A stretch of 63,780 bases of DNA, the filler included, from Octopus bimaculoides (Eukaryota), in the NCBI RefSeq assembly GCF_001194135.2. It is 6 parts of 5 records of this genome, joined end to end, with 100 filler letters (N's around TTAATTAATTAA, not from the genome) between each part and the next. Parts side by side here need not be neighbours in the genome. Positions count along the whole stretch, not along the records: positions 50,568 to 55,843 come from NC_068981.1; positions 55,944 to 61,817 come from NC_068994.1; positions 61,918 to 63,780 come from NW_026382662.1; 3 more parts are not named here. The stretch is one strand, 5' to 3'. Shown here piece by piece: positions 54,336 through 63,780 of this stretch. A program made the translations under genes and the position numbers. The notes under the pieces are model-generated. The model did not search any database. It was not told the origin of the DNA and saw only the letters and a list, made by a program, of their open reading frames with translations. Every line of letters starts with the position of its first letter. Within the stretch, counting starts at the first letter, position 1.

Positions 54336-55843
54336 ATGCATTTCATGAAAAATAAGATGGCATAGTCGAATTGGAACTGAATAATAACCGTAACACCTGG
54401 CAATACATAATTCTCAGCAAATGCTGTAGTCACTCAATCTGTTAGTAACAAAGACAGGTCTCCCACTGGAGTCCGTTGAGTTGGTTTTTCTTTCTCTTTC
54501 TCTTTTTAGACACTTAGGAAGCCAGCTGATGTCAATCATCAAAATAATAATTTGGCTGCTATTTCTAGCAGGTCGGTAAACATGACGGTCATTGAACTAA
54601 AAAAGATCACGAGACTGTAACTGTCATTAATCAAAACGCAAGTTGCTCGATTTGATATAGAAAATTTAACTGGATCTCACCACTCACGGGGAAGTTATTA
54701 ACTTGCAATATGTAAAGTAAATTTACAACTTTTGTGTTTATTAATTTTTCTTATCATTTCACTGTCAAAAGCTCACACAATCCATTTTTTATATAAAATG
54801 TATAGATTATCATCCATGTTAAGTTAGATTAGTTTTGATACCTCATTCGCCACTTATATGGGTGCTAGGCATAACAATTTTAAAAGGGGTGCTACAAAAC
54901 TAGAAGGGGTGAAGAACCATTGGTGTGGGGCAGTGGGTCCATATCAGATTTTGTAAAAATTTACGTAGAATAAATTGCTTATACTTCTACAATACACCAA
55001 ATATTTTCATCTTTTTTAATACAATTACCAGTAATATTTAATTATAGAAATGTAATGGGATTTTATTAACGTCTAATGGCTAGGAGGATCCACCCTAGTA
55101 AAAAAGAGATCCATAAGTAAAAAAAAAAAAAGGGATTGAGAAACACTGCTGCCGAAGATTCTTTGTTGGGGTGAAGTCAATCATTGATGTTATTTAGCCC
55201 CAGGTTAGCGCGATCCTGTAGATCTGTCTATGATCCAATTCTTATAGATCTCCATCCATAACTATTCCATCTTTTATTTTTCAGGCAATCGTATTACGTT
55301 GAAAATATATCTTTTACTCCTTAGTTTAAAAAAATAATCTTCGGTAAAAGTCTATGACATGGTGAGCGAGTGAGATTGTCATTCCTCTGCTCGACGGAGA
55401 TGAATAAACACACTCGCACACACACACTCTTATAATTGACATCATATACTAATACCGAAACACTACCAGTTAAAATGTTTGCTGAAAATGATATAATCAC
55501 GGGGTGTATAGCTGCTATGTTTAGCATGTTGAGTAACAGCAGTAAATACACACATTCCCCACCATATACGCACTAACACTCACAAACACACGCACCACAC
55601 AGAGAAACTCATTCACAAATACACATTCACCTACAAACACACACAAATATACACATATGCACACTCACATCAGTTCTGATCCAGCGAACCTATGATCAAA
55701 AGTATTCTGCTTTTATTTTTCAGACAATGTACCTAGACTCCATGATTTTGTAGTGGCGCCGTCGCTGTGTAGCCCAAGATCAGTTCTCTTCCAATTAACC
55801 TAAGGACAAGAACATCACACTCGTGATCATTCAAACTTTCATT

Positions 55844-55943
55844 NNNNNNNNNNNNNNNNNNNNNNNNNNNNNNNNNNNNNNNNNNNNTTAATTAATTAAN
55901 NNNNNNNNNNNNNNNNNNNNNNNNNNNNNNNNNNNNNNNNNNN
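55844..55943. other. Artificial assembly join spacer
   Basis: N44-TTAATTAATTAA-N44. Confidence 0.92.
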
Positions 55944-56045
55944 GAAGAAAATATTTTGACAAATTAAATTTAAATGTTGAAGTGAATCTAACGGATTTTG
56001 TGTGTTATTTTAAATGGCTTATAAACACCTTCCACGCTGCAATTG

Positions 56046-56087
<42 letters not shown>

Positions 56088-56317
56088 CATTTAATGTACA
56101 TTATGTTAAAATCTTCATAGTAGATTATATGTCATAAAAATCTACCTACCACATGTTTCAATGGCAAGAAAGGATTAGTCACTCTTGTTTTAATACAATG
56201 TTCATTAAATGATATTTATCTCTCACTGGATGGAGTACATTTTTGTTGATCCTACCTTAACTGTATGGTAAATTCTATATTAATATACATACATATATAT
56301 ATATAATTGTTTATTTG

Positions 56318-56517
56318 TTTCGATCATTAGTGTGGCCATGATGGGGCACCACTTGAAAGATCTTAGTCAAACAAATAAATCCCAGTTCCTAGTTTTTCTC
56401 TTAAAGCCTTGTACTTTTGCTGAAACACTAAATTTCAGAGACATAAATTCACCAACACTGGTCATCAAGTGGAGGTGGGGGACAGACACACACACACATA
56501 TATGTATGATGTATATC

Positions 56518-56560
<43 letters not shown>

Positions 56561-56731
56561 GACGGCCTTCTTTTCAGTTTCTGTCTACCATCTACCAAAT
56601 CTTAACCACAAGCCTTTGGCTGGTCTGAGGTTATAGTAGAAGACACTTGTCCAAGGCGTCATGCAGTGGAAATGAACCCAGAATCATGTGGTTGGGAAGC
56701 AAACTTCTTATTATACACCTACACCTGTGCC
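56318..56731 (-). mobile_element. SINE family B (older, degenerate)
   Basis: Collinear with 45803-46222. Confidence 0.8.
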
Positions 56732-57214
56732 TATCATCTGTCTGGATGTTTTCCGTTCTTGTCCCATTTTTTGTATTCCTATATAAATNNNNNNNNNNNN
56801 NNNNNNNNNNNNNNNNNNNNNNNNNNNNNNNNNNNNNNNNNNNNNNNNNNNNNNNNNNNNNNNNNNNNNNNNNNNNNNNNNNNNNNNNNNNNNNNNNNNN
56901 NNNNNNNNNNNNNNNNNNNNNNNNNNNNNNNNNNNNNNNNNNNNNNNNNNNNNNNNNNNNNNNNNNNNNNNNNNNNNNNNNNNNNNNNNNNNNNNNNNNN
57001 NNNNNNNNNNNNNNNNNNNNNNNNNNNNNNNNNNNNNNNNNNNNNNNNNNNNNNNNNNNNNNNNNNNNNNNNNNNNNNNNNNNNNNNNNNNNNNNNNNNN
57101 NNNNNNNNNNNNNNNNNNNNNNNNNNNNNNNNNNNNNNNNNNNNNNNNNNNNNNNNNNNNNNNNNNNNNNNNNNNNNNNNNNNNNNNNNNNNNNNNNNNN
57201 NNNNNNNNNNNNNN

Positions 57215-57480
57215 TGGGTGGCACATAAAAGACACCATTTCGAGCGTGGCCGTTGCCAGTATTGCCTGACTGGCCTTCGTGCAGGTGACACGTAAAAGCA
57301 CCTACTACACTCTCTGAGTGGTTGGCGTTAGGAAGGGCATCCAGCTGTAGAAACTCTGCCAAATTTAGATTGGAGCCTGGTGTTGCCATCCGGTTTCACC
57401 AGTCCTCAGTCAAATCGTCCAACCCATGCTAGCATGGAAAGCGGACGTTAAACGATGATGATGATGATGATGATGATGAT
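57215..57480 (+). mobile_element. 3' portion of a SINE or RTE 3'UTR ending in (GAT)n
   Basis: gagtggttggcgttaggaagggcatccagctgtagaaac...ggacgttaaacgatgatgat; the 5' part is lost in the gap. Confidence 0.8.
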
Positions 57481-59356
57481 ACTGGGGAAACCATATATCG
57501 AGGAAATGTTCAGGAGTCCGGAGTCATACCCAATGACTGGCTTAGCAGCACCATAATCAACTGCTACAAGGGTAAAGATGATACTTTAGCTAGAAATAAC
57601 TACTGGGGTATCAAACTGCTGGATCAGGTGATGAAGATCAGAGAGAGGATCATAACCCAACTAATTAGGGAGAGAGTCTGTTTAGATGCAGCTTGGTTTT
57701 GTGCCAGATAGAAGCACCACTGATGCTAAATTCCTGGTAAGGCAACTGCAGGAGAAATACCTAGCCAAAGATAAACCCCTATACTTGGCTTTTGTGGACT
57801 TGGAGAAAGCCTTTGATAGGATCCCCCAATCCCTTATCTGATTGGTGATGCGGAAGCTGAGGATTGATGAATGGTTAATAAGGGCTGTACAGGCCCTATA
57901 CAGAGATGCTGTTAGTAAGCTTAGTGTTGGCAATGAGTACAGTGAAGAATTCTGGGTAAAAATAGGGGTCCACCAAGGATCAGCCCTTAGCCTCCTCTTA
58001 TTCATCATAGTCCTCCAGGCAATAACAGAGGAATTCAAGACAGGTTGCCCCTGGGAGCTCCTCTATGCTGATGACTTGGCCCTCATAGTAGAATCACTAC
58101 CAGAACTAGAGAAGAAACTTCAAGTTTGGAAGCAAGGTTTAGAGTCAAAGGGCCTTAGAGTCAATGTCACAAAGACCAAAGTTCTAGTAAGTAGGAAGGC
58201 GAACACGTCACACACCCCTTCAGGTAGGTGGCCCTGATCGATCTGTAGAAAAGGTGTATGTAGAAACTCCATAAGATGTACCCAGTGTAAGCTATGGACA
58301 TATAAGAGGTGCAGCAATATCAAAGGAAGATTAACCAGGAAGATATCTTTTGTGTGTGGCAGATGCACAGGGGCAATAAACACCACAGATACCCAGAAAA
58401 TAGATTCCATCACATGCCAGGGGAAGAAACTAGAAGTAGTTGATAGCTTCTGCTACTTAGGTGACCAAGTATGTAGTGGGGGTGGATACTCAGAGAGCAT
58501 TACCACTAGATTAAGAATTGCTTAGCCAAAGTTCAGAAAGCTCCTACCTCTACTGGTTACAAAGGACCTCTCACTGAGAGTGAAAGGAAGATTGTACGAT
58601 GCATGTGTACGAACTGCCATGCTTCATGGCAGTGAAACATGGGCCGTGACAGTTCAAAAGAAGTGAAGCTAGCATGATCTGCTGGATGTGTAATGTCAGT
58701 GTGCACACACGACAGAGTGTAAGTGCCCTGAGAAAAATGTTGAACATAAGGAGCATTAGGTGTGGCGTGCAAGAGAGACATTTGCCTTGGTATGGTCATG
58801 TACTACGGATGGATGAGGAGAGCTGTGTGAAGAAGTGCTACTCCCAAACAGTGGAAGGAATCCAGGGTAGAGGGAGACCCAGGAAGACATGGGGTGAGGT
58901 GGTGAAGCATGACCTTCGAACGTTGGGCCTCACTGAGGAAATGACGAAAGACAGAGACTTCTGAAGATATGCTGTAACTGAGAAGACCCAGCAAATAAAG
59001 TGAGATCACAGCTGTAAACTACACCAATCTCGCATAACCAACCAGCTCAAAAAGTACCTTTGGATCATAGGGCGACATACTGTGCTTGAGGAGACCTATT
59101 GAGTCAAGTACATCAACATCAAAATGAAATCAAATTACAATCAAATGGAAATTGTAGTTGTAGTCTCCGTGCCAGTGGCATGTAAAAAGCGTTCCACTAC
59201 ACTCTCGGAGTGGTTGGCGTTAGGAAAGGCATCCAGCTGTAGAAACATTGCCAGATCAGACTGGCGTAGCTTCCAGGCTTTCCAGACCCAGTCGAACAGT
59301 CCAACCTATGCCAGCATAGAAAAAGGACGTTAAACGATGATGATGATGATGATGAT
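57481..59356 (+). mobile_element. 5'-truncated RTE-clade LINE (RT, PHD-like insert, 3'UTR, (GAT)n tail), lightly decayed
   Basis: AFVDLEKAFDRIP, GVHQGSALS, LLYADDL, LRVNVTKTK, VDSFCYLGD, WYGHVLRM, GRGRPRKTW; only a few stops and frameshifts. Confidence 0.92.
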
Positions 59357-61361
59357 ATATATATATAATTAAATTTAATTATAACTATTTTCAATGATGA
59401 ATAAAAATTTATGAGCAAAGTGTACCAGTATTTTGCAAAATGCTCGAAGTTTACATTGTACAGCTAACGGTTCGTTCTAACCACTTTTGAAACTGCGCAC
59501 TAACTATTTGCTTATACATTGTAAATTACGGCGCTTCTTTAGAAACGCACAGCTGTAACCCTAACCAGTGTGCGCATTTGATTAAAAACAATCAAGAATT
59601 TTCAAACGATATTGTCGGTCCCCTCGTAATCTGACTGGTAAAAGTAAGTTACCCACCCCACCATGTATCGCCCGACATGTTTGTTTATATTCGCGAGTGC
59701 CCGTTTTTCGTTTGTTTTATTTTTTAGTATAAAATATTTTAAAATAGATGAATCTTCCTAATTTTTTGCATACTTCATTCATTTTGGATATATTTCTCAT
59801 TTTCATAATTTAAAAAAAAATTAGGAGTCACAAGAACAACGAATGAAATTAAAATACTAGGCCATTAATCACACGGATTCGAATTAAAACCATACATGTT
59901 TATGGATTGTATTGTGCCCATAAAATGACTGGCCCAGACTGCAGGTTCTACTATAATAGTATGGTTTTCCTAATATTGACTAGATAAAAAGGATCTTCAA
60001 TATTTTAGGAAAAGCATTAGACACGTCTTCCATAGAAGAGTTAACAGTAATCGCAGCTTAGTACCTATTTTACAAAGTTGTTGCTAGAAGTTTCTGGGCT
60101 TCGATGCAGAACACACATATCTACTTCAAGCTGACACTCTGTCGTATCACTCGAAAGCATTTATACAATATATGGCGATCTATACATATATATAACCAAC
60201 AACGTTCGTTCATGAAAAACGCTGATATATATATCTTTTTTGTTTTCTTTTTTTTACTGTAGAAGAGTAGAATAGGTGTTTGGATATATTTCTAGCAGGG
60301 TGAGTGATCATGCGAAAGGTTCCATGTTGGTTTGATAAGTAATGTATGAATTATGTATACATTTACAAAAGGAGTACTACAACTAGTTTTCTTAAAAGCT
60401 AATCTAGAAATGAATAAAAACATTTTGGTATATATTACAAAACTATTATACAAATAATCTATATATATTTACCATAATATCAGTGATTTATTTCAGCCCA
60501 ACGTGTTCTAAATAAAGCGAGAAATTTCTTGCTGCCTAATTGTGTCCCCTGCATGGAAAACGGAAGTCTTTTTAACGTACGATTTCCGTTTCATAGCGGT
60601 GTTTCTCTTTGTTATTAAAAAAATCTTACTAAACTCTGGTGAGCAGACCTATGATCAGAAGTGTGTCTACCTTGCCGAGCCATGACCACCTTGTTATTTC
60701 ACGGACATTCAGTCCACCTTGTCATTTTACGGATATCCTGTCAACCTTATCATTTTACAGATATTTAGGATCATATTGTCTAATGTGTCTTTTAAAGACA
60801 GTGGGGCGTATGTTTACAGCCGGTGTTAACTGAACGTTTCTGCTACTCTAACTTTGGTTACTGAAACATGCGAATCTATTTTTACTAATATGAAGAAATA
60901 CGTATCAGAGACTTGAAGATTAAGAGGAATCAGTTGTATAATTGCATCATACAGGTTTCGGATTTTTATTATCCGTTTAGTATGTTAAATTCTCTCATAT
61001 GAAGTACTATTTTAATAACTGAGAGCAAAGTATTTAAAATATCTAGACTTGAAAATATTACACATTTACTATTTAGTTAATTAATGAACTTTCACCCATT
61101 AACGCACGATGAGCCAAAGAAGGAGCCCCTATGTGATTACTTGCTTTGCTAGAAATACCAGCCATATCTCTCAAGTTCAGTTTGAATGTTTCCTTGCTTC
61201 TTTTGGGTCTTAGACTTTCCGTAGAGTCGTGCAAGTACAGCTGTGACAAAGTGTATACCAGTTTTAACATTCTGACTCGATTGTCTACCGGAGCTCCGGT
61301 CCTGAAAGTGATTGGCATTCACTCGTATTCAGTCTCAGAGTTTCCATTATCTTTATTCTTT

Positions 61362-61560
61362 TATTAGTTTCAGTCATTTTGACTGCGGACATGCTGGAGC
61401 ACCACCTTTAGTCCAACAAATCGACGCCAGGACTTACTCTTTGTAAGCCTAATACTTATTTTATGTCTTTTTTTGCCGAACCACTAAGTAACCTGGACGT
61501 AAACACACCATCATCGGTTGTCAAGAGATGCTGGAGAGACAAACACACACACATATATAC
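61362..61560 (-). mobile_element. SINE family B, 3' half
   Basis: Collinear with 45803-45990. Confidence 0.82.
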
Positions 61561-61676
61561 ATACACATGCATACATACGTATATATATATATATTGATGG
61601 TAAGACAACAAAAGAATGAAAGAGACCTCGATATTATGTAAATAGAGAAATTTATCTGTAAATATATATGACAATT

Positions 61677-61817
61677 ATTCGGTAGCCATGATAAAACTCC
61701 GTGTTTCGGATGTCAGGGCGGAAACCCATGCCAGCATCGGCCCAATAACTGAAGAGAGGCCGGCACGGGTTTCCGCCCCAACATCTGAAACTCTGAGCTT
61801 TATCATGGCTACCGAAT
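61677..61817. repeat. Inverted repeat with 59-bp arms and a 23-nt loop, ending at a gap
   Basis: Arms 61677-61735 and 61759-61817 have 8 mismatches in 59 bp. Confidence 0.85.
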
Positions 61818-61917
61818 NNNNNNNNNNNNNNNNNNNNNNNNNNNNNNNNNNNNNNNNNNNNTTAATTAATTAANNNNNNNNNNNNNNNNNNNNNNNNNNN
61901 NNNNNNNNNNNNNNNNN
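61818..61917. other. Artificial assembly join spacer
   Basis: N44-TTAATTAATTAA-N44. Confidence 0.92.
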
Positions 61918-62758
61918 TATATGTGTGTGTGTGTGTGTGTGTGTGTATATTATTACCCTGTGGAATAGATCAAATTTCTTTACAAAACGTATCTATGAAC
62001 AAGAAATAACACCCATTACTAAAATTACTGAACTGATGTTGACCGTAAAGTGATGCATTATATATTGTAGTTCTAGATACACGAAAACAAATAAAATAAC
62101 GCCGTTCTGAAGACTGAATTTTATTATAGCTTAGGAGGTTACGAATAACTTAAATTTGCTGTTAAGAAACAACTTGTATACTTAGAATTTGTAATGTATA
62201 CTCCAGTGTTTTCTTAAAATTCTCCACATAAAAAGAATCGCAAATTAAAATAAAATAAGTGAGTTAAGAAGAAATAGCGGAAAGACATAAATGTTCTATT
62301 TGTATACATTTGATGTATTTTAGTTGCTGTTTTGCGAGAGAAGTAAAACCGAATGGTTAAGAGGATCGTTTCAAAAACGCTATGTTTCAAATACGATACT
62401 TTTCGTGTTATCTTGGCCTAATATTTCTTCTACAGATTTGTGCTGGTTCATTGCAACTAAGTGAAATCCGGAGCCTGAGAACAATATTGAACACCAAGTA
62501 CAACTACATTAATAACAAACAGGGTAACGTAGAGAACATTAAAATGTCACCACTTTCAGCGTTACTACACGTATTAACAGAACTAGTGTCAAAATCGTAG
62601 ACAGCAAAGATATTGCTTATTAATCCGTAAACGTGTGTGGAAGACAAGGGACTTTTTTTTTTTATTTAACGCAGGATTTGACCAGTATCGCCATACGTAC
62701 AGGTGCACACGTTGGAGAACACCGAAACGCACGCAGAGAATTGCATAAACACACACAA

Positions 62759-62796
<38 letters not shown>

Positions 62797-62806
62797 NNNN
62801 NNNNNN

Positions 62807-62846
<40 letters not shown>

Positions 62847-63393
62847 TAGACACATAAATACATACATGCGTGCATACATACACACACATATGTGTAATGT
62901 TTATTCACTCCACATATTCTTTCTTAGTAAAAAATTAAATAGGATAACAACTCGTTTCGATATCTACTTCCTCTAAACGATTTTCTAAATGTAAACCATT
63001 GCAATCACATAATTTACAAACGAATAAACCATTTCTGCTGGAATGCACATAGTAAATTGTCTCAAGTAGTTAAATTGTTTAAGATATACAGAACTATCTT
63101 AATTGTCATTGCCACAATGAGTAGTAAAACATCGTACAGGATTCANNNNNNNNNNGAATTGGTATGTTTGTGAATGTATGTATATAAAGTAGTTACTTTA
63201 GTTTGCGCGCGTTCTCATACACTCACTCATTCACACGCACACAAACTCACACACATGCACACATACACAAACAATGAGGAAGGCTGTATTGAAAACGATG
63301 CAGAATTTGGCATATGGTTGTTAAACTCTTTCGTAATACTTATATGCTGCTCAGTAAAATATATCTCAGGCAATGCACTTGTACGATTGTGAA

Positions 63394-63501
63394 CTGTTAT
63401 GTCTCAAGCTACTGCTATCTAGCACCTTCGGATGATCTCTCCNNNNNNNNNNCTGTTATGTCTCAAGCTACTGCTATCTAGCACCTTCGGATGATCTCTC
63501 C
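63394..63501. other. Identical 49-bp sequence on both sides of a 10-N gap (probable unmerged contig overlap)
   Basis: 63394-63442 is identical to 63453-63501. Confidence 0.8.
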
Positions 63502-63780
63502 TGAACAGGTATACAACTGCTACTCAACTGCTACTCAACACTCCTAGCACGGCCTCTATTTATATGTCTTGGGAGATCCTACTTCTTCGCCTGGGGGTAT
63601 CAGCACAACATGAACCCAGCTAACGAAGCATGTTTGAAATGAAGTTTAAGTGTACGTAGTTGTAACCAATTTATTCCTTCCATGTCTACTTCGTATGTGT
63701 CATATTAGACAACCATCTTACAGAAAATTAAGGAAAATTGCACCATGACTTCCTAATAAACAGTTGCCATGGCATTCTGT

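Noticed and set aside
61748-61795. CTGAAGA…GAAA hammerhead-like core in the hairpin loop; also at 27392 and 36048
   Set aside because: No stem II closes next to GAAA, so hammerhead geometry is not met.
63394-63501. Real 49-bp direct repeat or target-site duplication
   Set aside because: Perfect identity flanking a nominal 10-N gap indicates an assembly overlap.

Overview
AT-rich, gap-ridden eukaryotic DNA packed with microsatellites, SINEs and decayed LINE/DNA transposons. The repeat content resembles an octopod cephalopod such as Octopus (inference, no database check). Five 100-bp N44-TTAATTAATTAA-N44 spacers show the window is six joined assembly pieces, so adjacency across them is unproven. 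Host-gene content is small: three candidate exons of an unidentified + strand gene (34310-34534, 34891-35645, possibly 39937-40145) and the first coding exon of a PM20D1-like M20 peptidase on the - strand (51559-51295). Most listed ORFs are translated microsatellites or N-runs. Mobile elements include RTE, L1/Tx1, CR1/L2-like, R4/Dong-like and NeSL/R2-like retrotransposon remnants, mariner remnants and several SINE families. The most interesting unexplained structures are: a foldback-type element with modular ~158-bp subrepeat TIRs about 0.6 kb upstream of the PM20D1-like ATG; a near-canonical minimal hammerhead ribozyme motif at 33855-33896; three stacked Dong/R4-like 3' ends in (TAA)n; three long hairpins; and an RTE with a PHD-like finger whose 3' tail is shared with a dispersed short repeat. 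I found no clear evidence of a wholly new multi-gene system. Repeat boundaries are approximate and were read by eye.
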